Source: an uncultured Syntrophorhabdaceae bacterium
GTDB taxonomy: Bacteria; Desulfobacterota; Syntrophorhabdia; Syntrophorhabdales; Syntrophorhabdaceae
Reading direction: 5' to 3'
Assembly: GCA_964547695.1 (NCBI GenBank)
Contig: CAZJOP010000001.1
Location: 1 to 40,870 of the forward strand
DNA length: 40,870 bases
In this document: positions 8,524 through 16,755 of the stretch, one piece after another
Position numbering within the stretch: position 1 is the stretch's first letter
How the letters are laid out: each line of letters begins with the position of its first letter
Notes under the pieces: model-generated
Database searches by the model: none
Told to the model about the DNA's origin: nothing
What the model saw: only the letters and a program-made list of their open reading frames with translations
Translations under genes and position numbers: made by a program

Positions 8524-9522
8524 CTATTCCCTCAATATAATAATTTGTTCCTGGGATGGTTCACTTTCGTTACCCTTTAAATCAACGGATGTCACATAAT
8601 AAGAAATATAACGCACACCGGGAAGTTTTGTATCTACGAAATAATTGTCTTTTATAGGCATCGCCGTTAATCTTTCTTTTTTCTCACCGTCGACCCTGTA
8701 AACATTATAACCTGCAAGGTCAGTATCTGACACCTCTATCCAGGTAAGCCTTATGGTATTTTCTTCTTTTACTGCCTTTAATCCATAGGGTATACCAGGC
8801 GGTGTCTTATCTTTTGGTGTTGCCTTTATCCTCTCTCCCATACCCTCCCATAATATACCATCTTTTTCCCTTACTGCCCTTACCTCGTAAATATAGGTTC
8901 TGTCGTTTTCAAGCTGGGTATCCTGGAATTTAGAGGTAATCAGGGGCCTTTCATTTACTGGGAACAGGGGATATTCGTTTTCAATTCGCCTGTAGACATT
9001 ATACAAAAGACCCGGCTGACCCTGCCAGGTAATCTCTATGGCTCTATCCGATTCCTCCACCTTGATAATCTTAGGTTTATCAGGCGTTGATTCCCATTTA
9101 ATTGTAACGATATTCGATTCATTGCATCTGAATGTATCTGTATAGGGGATCACCTTGTATGAATAAATGTTTCCTTCCACAAGGTCATCGTCAAAGGTAT
9201 AAAGCCTACCACCATAGATGGTAAAACCGTATCCGGCATCGAGTCTTATGTCTTTTATTGGTTCGAATGCACCGATACAGCCACCGCATCCCTTATATAT
9301 CTTAAAGCCCTTTAGATTTCTTGCCTCGCTCCCATCCTTATTTCTAAGGGGGACTGTAAAAGAAAGGAATAAAACACCGTCTTTTACCTCTGCCTTCAAA
9401 TCCACCACATCTTCTGGCACTGCCGATCCCCTTGGTATCGGGTCTGCCTTTTTACCACAGGAAAATGCCGTGAAAAAGATGGCAATGCTAAAAAGAATCA
9501 AGATAAATCTTTTCTCTCTCAA
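8524..9522 (-). CDS. Lipoprotein with three FN3-like beta-sandwich repeats
   Basis: Signal peptide ending in a lipobox-like AFSC followed by GKKADPIP. Three repeats carry the (G)YxVYR / YxYxV...GNES-type pattern (FKIYKG, LYNVYRR, GYNVYRV; YSYKVIPY, YIYEVRAV, YYVTSVDLKGNES). Confidence 0.6.
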   Translation of the reverse strand: MREKRFILILFSIAIFFTAFSCGKKADPIPRGSAVPEDVVDLKAEVKDGVLFLSFTVPLRNKDGSEARNLKGFKIYKGCGGCIGAFEPIKDIRLDAGYGFTIYGGRLYTFDDDLVEGNIYSYKVIPYTDTFRCNESNIVTIKWESTPDKPKIIKVEESDRAIEITWQGQPGLLYNVYRRIENEYPLFPVNERPLITSKFQDTQLENDRTYIYEVRAVREKDGILWEGMGERIKATPKDKTPPGIPYGLKAVKEENTIRLTWIEVSDTDLAGYNVYRVDGEKKERLTAMPIKDNYFVDTKLPGVRYISYYVTSVDLKGNESEPSQEQIIILRE

Positions 9523-10864
9523 TGGTCTTCTCTACCTCTCGGGTGGATGCCGAACCAATGGTCTTTCTATTTTCTATTATATTGTTCGGCTCTATAAAAT
9601 CGTATACGTCCTTTTCAAAAACAGCTGAAAACATCTTCATATCCACTAAGTCCATGTTATGGAGTTTAATACCTTTGTCTTCGCAGAAGGCCACCATCTT
9701 TCCCACAATCTTATGGGCATCCCTAAAGGGCATGCCCTTCAGGGTAAGGTATTCTGTCATCTCTACAGCAGGCATAAAGCTTTCGTACACAGCCCTTTTC
9801 ATTTTCTCCCTTTTTAACTTCATCTCTTTTATACAAAGACATGCAATCTCAATGGCACTGGAGGTGGTTTCTATTGCATGGAATAGAGGCTCTTTATCCT
9901 CCTGCATGTCCCTGTTGTAAGTCATGGGGAGCCCCTTAATAAGCGTAAAAAGGCTAATGAGGTCTCCTATAACCCGGGAGGTCTTACCCCTTATAAGCTC
10001 AAGGGCATCGGGATTTTTTTTATGGGGCATTAAACTGCTGCCAGTGCATAGACTATCAGGAAGACTTACAAAAGAAAACTCTTCTGTGGAAAATATGATT
10101 AAATCCTCTGACATCCTGCTTAAGTGGAGCATGATCATGGCCAAGACATATATTGTATCGAGACAGAAATCTCTATCTGAAACAGTATCCATACTATGTT
10201 CAGAAACCTTAAGAAAGCCGAGCCTTTCTCTTACATACTCCCTGTCAAGGGGTATAGACGAGCCTGCTATGGCACCACTACCTAAGGGAAGGGTGTCTAT
10301 GGTCTTTTCCACAATCTTTAACCTCTCTAAATCCCTTTTGAGCATAAAATAATAGGCAAGGATATAATGGCCGAATGTAACCACCTGTGCCCTCTGCATG
10401 TGCGTGTAACCAGGCATGAGGGTGTCTTTTTCGTCTTCTGCCCTCTTAACTATTGTCTTCAGTAACTCAAGGAGATTTATTTCAATCTCTTTTAGCCTTT
10501 TCTTTAAAAACATCCTCATATCAAGGGAAACCTGGTCATTTCTGCTTCTTCCTGTATGGAGTTTCCTGCCTGTCTCGCCTATTAGTTCAATAAGCCGTGA
10601 TTCAATGTGCATGTGTATGTCTTCGAGTTCTAATTGAAACCTAAACTCATTATTCTCTATCTCTTTTTTTATCTGCCCAAGACCTTTTATAATAGATTCC
10701 TTTTCTTCCTTCGATAAGATACCTATTCTTTCCAGCATTTCTGCATGGGCAATGCTTCCCTCAATATCTTCTTCATAAAGAACCCGGTCAAAGTTGATGG
10801 ATGCACTGAACCTCTCCATTAAAGGGTCTGTCTTTTCCTTAAATCTTCCTCCCCAGAGCTTCAT
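9488..10864 (-). CDS. argH: Argininosuccinate lyase
   Basis: MKLWGGRF N-terminus, fumarate-lyase signature GSSLMPHKKNP, 458 aa. Confidence 0.92.
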   Translation of the reverse strand: MKLWGGRFKEKTDPLMERFSASINFDRVLYEEDIEGSIAHAEMLERIGILSKEEKESIIKGLGQIKKEIENNEFRFQLELEDIHMHIESRLIELIGETGRKLHTGRSRNDQVSLDMRMFLKKRLKEIEINLLELLKTIVKRAEDEKDTLMPGYTHMQRAQVVTFGHYILAYYFMLKRDLERLKIVEKTIDTLPLGSGAIAGSSIPLDREYVRERLGFLKVSEHSMDTVSDRDFCLDTIYVLAMIMLHLSRMSEDLIIFSTEEFSFVSLPDSLCTGSSLMPHKKNPDALELIRGKTSRVIGDLISLFTLIKGLPMTYNRDMQEDKEPLFHAIETTSSAIEIACLCIKEMKLKREKMKRAVYESFMPAVEMTEYLTLKGMPFRDAHKIVGKMVAFCEDKGIKLHNMDLVDMKMFSAVFEKDVYDFIEPNNIIENRKTIGSASTREVEKTIEREKIYLDSF

Positions 10865-11532
10865 ATCCTTTCTCCGAATATGGCGGTACCTATCCTAACC
10901 ATTGTTGCACCTTCTTCTATGGCAACCTCAAAATCATTGGACATGCCCATGGACAGCTCTTTCATGTTTAGATTGAACTCTCTGTTTAGCTCATCCCGTA
11001 ATTCCCTTAATCTTTTAAAAACCCACCTTACCTCTTCAGGGTTTTCCACATAGGGTGCCATAGTCATAAGACCAACGGGCTCTATGTTTTCAAGCATATG
11101 TATCCCCTCAAGGATTTTTCTTACATCATCCGGTGTTGCCCCCTGCTTTGTCTTTTCTTGTGCTATATTTATCTCAAACAAAACCCTCATCCTTCTCCCG
11201 AATCTATTTAATATTTCTACGACCTCCCGTCTATCTACAGAATGGATGTAATCGAACAGTTTTGGTAAATACTTTATCTTATTAGTCTGGATGTGACCGA
11301 TCATATGCCAGGTTGCCTTCTGTCCAAAGGACTCTATCTTTTTCTTTGCCTCCTGCACATAGTTTTCTCCAAAGTCTTTTATCCCTGAATCGTAGGCAAT
11401 TTTTATCCTCTCTGTATCCACCTTTTTGGTTGCCCCTATTAAAAGCACATCGTGCTCTGTTCTACCGGACTTGACCGCTGCCTTTAATATCTTTTCCCTT
11501 ACAATTTCAATGGATTTTTTGATATCCTTCAC
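10861..11532 (-). CDS. yggS: YggS-family pyridoxal-phosphate homeostasis protein
   Basis: LIGATKKV (PLP Lys), FGENYVQE, WHMIGHIQTNK and ELSMGMSNDFEVAIE motifs. The ORF is open to ATG 11574. GTG at 11532 gives a GTGA overlap with the maf stop and a typical ~223 aa length, so the start is uncertain. Confidence 0.8.
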   Translation of the reverse strand: MKDIKKSIEIVREKILKAAVKSGRTEHDVLLIGATKKVDTERIKIAYDSGIKDFGENYVQEAKKKIESFGQKATWHMIGHIQTNKIKYLPKLFDYIHSVDRREVVEILNRFGRRMRVLFEINIAQEKTKQGATPDDVRKILEGIHMLENIEPVGLMTMAPYVENPEEVRWVFKRLRELRDELNREFNLNMKELSMGMSNDFEVAIEEGATMVRIGTAIFGERI

Positions 11533-12119
11533 GAAAGCACGCCCAGAGATAAAAGAGCTTCTGCCAGTTCGCATATGGGCAGGCCAACTACATTGGAATA
11601 AGACCCCTTAATCTCTTTTACCATGTATCCACCCCTGCCCTGAACTGCATAGGAGCCTGCTTTGCCAAGGGGTTCAGAGGTATTTATATATCTTAAGATC
11701 TCCCCGTCGCTCATCTCCCTTAAAAAAACCTTTGTTTCCACCACGTCTCTGTATATTTTGTCCTTCGATATATTCAATATGCAAAAACCTGTAATCACCT
11801 TATGCCACTTTCCGCTTAATGTCTTTAACATCTTAAATGCATCTCTCTCATCCTTTGGTTTGCCCATAATTCTGTTTTTGTAGACTATAACAGTATCTGC
11901 TGCGACTACCCACTTATCGGGAAAGTGCACGCCTACGCTTTGAGCCTTTTCAAAGGATATCCTTGCAACATAATTTATAGGCGGCTCGTCCTTTCTCTGA
12001 CTTTCGTCAATCATGGGTGGAACTATGGAAAAAGAGATGCCGAGGGTTCTTAAGATATCTACCCTCCTTGCCGATTCACTTGCCAGTATGATAGAATCAC
12101 CTTCTTTAATCTGAAACAT
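11529..12119 (-). CDS. maf: Maf-family nucleoside-triphosphate pyrophosphatase
   Basis: ILASESARR N-terminus, AADTVI, GKAGSYAVQG motifs. 196 aa. Confidence 0.85.
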   Translation of the reverse strand: MFQIKEGDSIILASESARRVDILRTLGISFSIVPPMIDESQRKDEPPINYVARISFEKAQSVGVHFPDKWVVAADTVIVYKNRIMGKPKDERDAFKMLKTLSGKWHKVITGFCILNISKDKIYRDVVETKVFLREMSDGEILRYINTSEPLGKAGSYAVQGRGGYMVKEIKGSYSNVVGLPICELAEALLSLGVLS

Positions 12120-12279
12120 GGTATGCTCCTTTTAGATTAGAAAAAATACATAAAATTCTTTTTAATTTCAAGGCAAATGTAAAATGAAAAATTATTAGTT
12201 TTAAAAAAAAGGTTACAAACTGTTTTTATTACCTAAGATTATTAAATGCTACAAAAAAACCATTCCTTTTAAATTTAAG

Positions 12280-13194
12280 TTAACTTCCCTTAAGCATGGC
12301 CTGGGAAAAATAACCTGCTGTAAAGGGGAGAAGGTCATCAAATGTTTCACCCACACCTATATATCTGATGGGTATCTTTAAGATATGGGCAATGGGCAGG
12401 ATAAAACCACCTTTTGCAGTTCCGTCCAGTTTTGTAATGACAATCCCTGTTACGCCTATGGCCTCATGGAACGTCTTTGCCTGAACTATGGCATTCTGTC
12501 CGTTTGTGGCATCGATAACAAGGAGTGTCTCATGGGGTGCATCCTGAATTTCTCTGTTTACTACCCTTTTTATCTTTTTCATCTCCTCCATAAGGTTCGT
12601 CTTTGTATGTAACCTTCCTGCTGTATCGAGCATGAGGACATCTATACCCCTTGCTAAAGAAGCCTTTACAGCATCGTAAGCTACGGCAGCAGGGTCAGAA
12701 CCCTCTTTATGTTTTATTATATCTATATTCAATCTTTTTGCCCACACCTCGAGTTGCAAAACAGCAGCTGCCCTGAATGTGTCACATGCACCTAAAAGAA
12801 CACTTTTTCCTGAATCGAGAAAGATTTTTGCCATTTTTGCAATGGTGGTAGTCTTACCCACACCGTTTACACCCAGGGTTAATATCACAAAAGGCCTTTT
12901 ATTGCCTACATCAAAGGGCACCTCAACGGGTTTCAATATCTCTTCTATCTCTTCTGACATACATGTCTTTATATCCTCTGTGGTTTTGATATGACCTCTT
13001 TTCCACCTTTCCTTTAGTCTTTCCATGAGCAGCCGGGAAGTATCGATACCGGTATCTGCTAAAATCAGGGCTTCTTCTATTTCATCGAAGGCATCTTCAT
13101 CTATAGGTTTTCCCTGAACAATCCACTCGATACGGGTAAGGAGCTGTTCCCTTGTCTTTGTTAATCCCTTTTTTATCTTATCCAGTAGTCCCAT
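12280..13194 (-). CDS. ftsY: Signal recognition particle receptor FtsY
   Basis: SRP-GTPase motifs GVNGVGKTTTIAK, DTAGR, TKLDGTAKGG. 304 aa. Confidence 0.9.
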   Translation of the reverse strand: MGLLDKIKKGLTKTREQLLTRIEWIVQGKPIDEDAFDEIEEALILADTGIDTSRLLMERLKERWKRGHIKTTEDIKTCMSEEIEEILKPVEVPFDVGNKRPFVILTLGVNGVGKTTTIAKMAKIFLDSGKSVLLGACDTFRAAAVLQLEVWAKRLNIDIIKHKEGSDPAAVAYDAVKASLARGIDVLMLDTAGRLHTKTNLMEEMKKIKRVVNREIQDAPHETLLVIDATNGQNAIVQAKTFHEAIGVTGIVITKLDGTAKGGFILPIAHILKIPIRYIGVGETFDDLLPFTAGYFSQAMLKGS

Positions 13195-13367
13195 CTATTA
13201 AGCCTCTTTAGCCATCTTTTTAGTCACTTTTTTAAAATATTTTTTTTCTATAGTGTTTAAATGCTGATAAAACGTATAAATTCAAAAATATTCTTATCAG
13301 GGGTTAAAATCTATTTTATGTCAGAATAACGTTTTTTAAAAGACATAAGTTTAATCTCGCAACTGAC

Positions 13368-13616
13368 CTATTCTTCAGGCACATAAGGTTTTCCGCACAA
13401 TTTACATACACCGTTTTCCACAACCCCAATGCATGTGCCATCGCTACACAAAATCCTATTTGATAAATCAAGTGGCTCTTCTTCGTCCTCTGCCTTTTTG
13501 TATAGAGCTGCACCGCATAGATAACAGTAATCACCTAAGGGTAATATCTCGCTATCGCATGCCTTGCAACGTATGGTCTTTATCTCATTGGCACACCTTT
13601 CACAGAGCATATTCAC
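13368..13616 (-). CDS. Cys-rich double zinc-ribbon protein, function unknown
   Basis: 82 aa with CERC...CKAC...CYLC and C..C....CKLC pairs. 4-nt overlap with the upstream lipoprotein gene. Confidence 0.5.
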   Translation of the reverse strand: MNMLCERCANEIKTIRCKACDSEILPLGDYCYLCGAALYKKAEDEEEPLDLSNRILCSDGTCIGVVENGVCKLCGKPYVPEE

Positions 13617-14014
13617 CTCACCTTGTAAACCCTTATTACTTTACCCTTTTCAAACTCCACATAAACAGTGTCTCTATTGGACGGGATAATCCTCCATGAG
13701 GGTTTGTATGTCCAGAGGATATTATCTTCAGGGGTCTTACTAATAACAGTAGGCTCACCCAGTTTTTCTCTCACCTGGTTCTCGTCCAGGGATATTAGGC
13801 CCTGTTCTGATGTTGTGCTTTCTGCCTTCACTGTCTTTTTGGATGAGCTGCAACCACATAGACCTAACATTGCTATAAGCACTGTGCATGTAGTTAAAAA
13901 AATTATGCCTTTTCGAGTTTTCCACAATTTTTGTGGAAAACTTGTGTAAAAATTGTAAGAAAGTTTATCAAAATTATTGAAATTAAAGAATGATTTTTTA
14001 TTTTGCACATTCAC
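13613..14014 (-). CDS. Small lipoprotein, function unknown (start uncertain)
   Basis: KTRKGIIFLTTCTVLIAMLGLCGCSSS looks like a lipoprotein signal peptide. The first 29 codons of the maximal ORF (GTG at 14014) are AT-rich low complexity and contain a repeat array. TTG at 13927 would give a canonical 104-aa prolipoprotein. Confidence 0.5.
   Translation of the reverse strand: MNVQNKKSFFNFNNFDKLSYNFYTSFPQKLWKTRKGIIFLTTCTVLIAMLGLCGCSSSKKTVKAESTTSEQGLISLDENQVREKLGEPTVISKTPEDNILWTYKPSWRIIPSNRDTVYVEFEKGKVIRVYKVR
13916..13963. repeat. 27-bp perfect palindrome plus two further 11-bp-phased direct repeats of TTGTGNAAAA
   Basis: AGTTTTCCACAA-TTT-TTGTGGAAAACT (13916-13942). Direct repeats TTGTGGAAAAC (13931), TTGTGTAAAAA (13942) and TTGTAAGAAAG (13953). 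Confidence 0.7.
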
Positions 14015-14114
14015 CTTACATAAAATTTTATAATATTTTTAATGACTTTTATATTCACAACATCCATCGGTATCTTTCACTAAGTGTTAATATTAGCATA
14101 CAATACGTTGATTC

Positions 14115-15113
14115 TCAATGACTTATAACATTATATTTTTTAGATGCCTTTTTTAATCTCTCCATAATGGCCCTTCCTAAGCCCTTTTCAGGCACCTTTT
14201 CTGCATAAATAATCTCCACATCCTTCTGGTCTAATTCAATCAGATGGGAAAAGAAATTCGATGCCGCCTCTTTTAAATCTTCCCTTTCAGAGAGTATCTT
14301 TACATACCTTGAAGCAACAGGTTTTAGAGGTGTTTTAAATGCAAGGAAGGCAGAATTTTCTCTATCTATCTCCTCTGGAGAATTAACTATTTTCAAAGGT
14401 TTTTCAGGTGAATAATGATACGGCAACATCCCGGGAGATTCGTATACCCCCTTTGTTTCTTTTTTATCCTTTATTTCTCCAATCACCTCCTGAATCTCTT
14501 CAAGGCTTATCGCACCGTGCCTGTTTATAAACGCATAATCCCCTTGAAAGGAAATGATTGTTGATTCAATGCCGTAAACACTACTTCCGCCATCAAGGAT
14601 AAGTTTTATCCTGTTTTTTAACATGCAGGCCACATGATGGGCATTCGTAGGGCTCACATACCCAAAGGGATTGGCGCTGGGGGCTGCAATTGGCCTCCCA
14701 AGGGCATTTATTAAATGTCTTGCCACAGGATGAGAGGGCATCCTTATGCCAACCGTAGGAAGCCCGGATGTTACTATATCGGGTACGATATTCCCCTTTT
14801 TTAATATGAGAGTCATAGGACCTGGCCAGAACCTATCGATCAGTTTTTTCGCCTTTTCAGGGATTTCAATAGCTATTTCATCGAGCCATTCTTTTTTATC
14901 TATATGCACTATAAGCGGATCAAATCTCGGCCGACCCTTTACCTCAAAAATCTTTGCAACGGCATAAGGATTAAATGCATCAGCTCCCAGACCGTATACG
15001 GTTTCTGTGGGAAAGGCTACGAGTTCTCCAGTTTTTAATAACTCCACTGCCTTTATAATAGAAGGGGCTTCAAATCCGTCAAGTATTTCCATGTTATTGT
15101 GGCAACAAGACAA
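14115..15113 (-). CDS. tsaC: L-threonylcarbamoyladenylate synthase (YrdC + Sua5 domains)
   Basis: FPTETVYGLGADA and SANPFG motifs of the YrdC/Sua5 family. A C-terminal extension consistent with a Sua5 domain. 332 aa. Confidence 0.85.
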   Translation of the reverse strand: MSCCHNNMEILDGFEAPSIIKAVELLKTGELVAFPTETVYGLGADAFNPYAVAKIFEVKGRPRFDPLIVHIDKKEWLDEIAIEIPEKAKKLIDRFWPGPMTLILKKGNIVPDIVTSGLPTVGIRMPSHPVARHLINALGRPIAAPSANPFGYVSPTNAHHVACMLKNRIKLILDGGSSVYGIESTIISFQGDYAFINRHGAISLEEIQEVIGEIKDKKETKGVYESPGMLPYHYSPEKPLKIVNSPEEIDRENSAFLAFKTPLKPVASRYVKILSEREDLKEAASNFFSHLIELDQKDVEIIYAEKVPEKGLGRAIMERLKKASKKYNVISH

Positions 15114-15129
15114 ATATGAAGGATAAAAA

Positions 15130-15330
15130 CTATTTTGGCTCTAAAGGTTTATTTTTTTCCTCTTCCTTTTTAGGGGTTACGTCTATCTCTTCCGGTTCTT
15201 TCAGGCTCTTTTTAAAGTTTTTAATACCTTTACCGAGGGCACCACCCACATCGGCAAGCTTTCCGGCCCCGAAAATGATTAACACTATAACCATAATGAC
15301 TATAAGTTCTGGCATTCCAAGTCCAAACAT
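15130..15330 (-). CDS. tatA: Twin-arginine translocase subunit TatA/E
   Basis: [27 protein letters not shown] segment + amphipathic helix. 66 aa. Confidence 0.85.
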   Translation of the reverse strand: MFGLGMPELIVIMVIVLIIFGAGKLADVGGALGKGIKNFKKSLKEPEEIDVTPKKEEEKNKPLEPK

Positions 15331-15382
15331 ATTTTTTCTCCTTAAAAAAGGTTAACATCTTTTTTTCATGCAAGTCAATAAT

Positions 15383-16750
15383 TTAATGAAAAATATCCGT
15401 TTTTAACATGGTCCTTGCATAATCAATGGCCTCCTGCCTTGTTTTTATATCGCCCGAGATCTGTCTTTCTCTTATGTCTGAAAGGATTCTACCGATTTCA
15501 GGTCCTTCTTTGTATCCGATTTCAATCAAATCATGACCTGTAATCAGTCTTGGAAGCGGCTTTTCTTGAAATCTTTTAAATGTTGACAGCATTTCTTCAC
15601 AGACACATAGCACCTTTTTCGTGGATGCATTGTCCTTTCCCTCTGAGCTTCCATACATATCACATAGGGTCATTAAAATAAGTAATGGCGTAAATTCCCC
15701 CATTTTTAATATCACCCTTCTTATTGCCCTTTGAGTTGTTTCACCGGCACTTATCAAAAATATCCTCATATGGTTCTGAATCAGGGTCTTTACCTGCCTC
15801 ATCTCGTTTATGCTGAATCTCATCCTTTCCATGATGAGAGAGGCCGTCTTCTCAGAAAACCTTTCATGATAAAAAAAATGGACTACCTTTTTTTCCCTGT
15901 CATAGCTAAATGTCTGGGGCTTGCCCAGGTCGTGAAACAGAAGGGCATATCCTGTAATTTTTATGGACTGTTTATCCATTTGGTATCTGTTTCCATACTG
16001 ATATAGATATTTAAATGCATCAATGGTATGTCCAAACACCTCTGGTTTTAAACGTTTTTCCTCATCAAATCTTTTTAACATAATAAGTTCTGGAAAGATT
16101 TCAAAAAGTAGACCTGTTGTCTCCATAACCTTTAAAGATGAAAACGCTTGTCTCGAACATACAATCTGGTCAAATTCATATTTAATCCTTTCAGAGGCCA
16201 CATTTTTTATAAGGTGACCAAGCTCGCATATGCACGTGTATAGATTATCGTGAATAATGAATCCATCAAGGGTTGAAAAGTGCCTTACTGCCTTTAACAT
16301 CCTCAAGGGGTCTTTTATAAGATTTTCTTTTTTTATATGGATTATGATCTTTTCTTTTAAATCCACTAAGCCGTTTAAGGGATCTAAGATTTCGTCTCTT
16401 TTAAGATCGTATGCAATGGCATTTATCGTAAAATCTCGCCTTAATAGATCATCGGTTATATCCTTTTCTATTTTTGTCAAATCAATATTTTTCCCGTCTT
16501 TTGCAATTCTAAATGCATGGATAGGTTTTTTTCCTATGATAAAGGCCCTGCTATTTAATATTTCTTCGAATACCTTTATATCCTTTTCATCGGTTATGGC
16601 AAAATCAAAATCATTGGGTTGAGAACACAAAAAGAGCTCTCTTATGGAACCACCCACAAGGTATACATTCCCTCTAATCGGACTCTTTTTGAGCTCTTTT
16701 ATAATGTCAAGACAGGCGATCTTTTCTTTAAGGGAGTATTCTATATCCAT
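15383..16750 (-). CDS. cca: CCA-adding tRNA nucleotidyltransferase / poly(A) polymerase family protein with HD domain
   Basis: VGGSIRE...DFDFA nucleotidyltransferase head, RRDFTINA motif, and a C-terminal HD-like region (LLFHDLGK). Confidence 0.7.
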   Translation of the reverse strand: MDIEYSLKEKIACLDIIKELKKSPIRGNVYLVGGSIRELFLCSQPNDFDFAITDEKDIKVFEEILNSRAFIIGKKPIHAFRIAKDGKNIDLTKIEKDITDDLLRRDFTINAIAYDLKRDEILDPLNGLVDLKEKIIIHIKKENLIKDPLRMLKAVRHFSTLDGFIIHDNLYTCICELGHLIKNVASERIKYEFDQIVCSRQAFSSLKVMETTGLLFEIFPELIMLKRFDEEKRLKPEVFGHTIDAFKYLYQYGNRYQMDKQSIKITGYALLFHDLGKPQTFSYDREKKVVHFFYHERFSEKTASLIMERMRFSINEMRQVKTLIQNHMRIFLISAGETTQRAIRRVILKMGEFTPLLILMTLCDMYGSSEGKDNASTKKVLCVCEEMLSTFKRFQEKPLPRLITGHDLIEIGYKEGPEIGRILSDIRERQISGDIKTRQEAIDYARTMLKTDIFH

Positions 16751-16755
16751 ATCTA

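Noticed and set aside
9260-9270. GGTTCGAATGC, resembling a tRNA T-arm/T-loop.
   Set aside because: It lies inside the lipoprotein coding frame. No acceptor or anticodon stems can be drawn around it. No tRNA is supported anywhere in the window.
13928-14014. N-terminal 29 codons of the maximal lipoprotein ORF (MNVQNKKSFFNFNNFDKLSYNFYTSFPQK).
   Set aside because: This is a low-complexity translation of AT-rich DNA that contains the repeat/palindrome array and has no SD before GTG 14014. It is probably 5' UTR/promoter, so the true start is likely TTG 13927.
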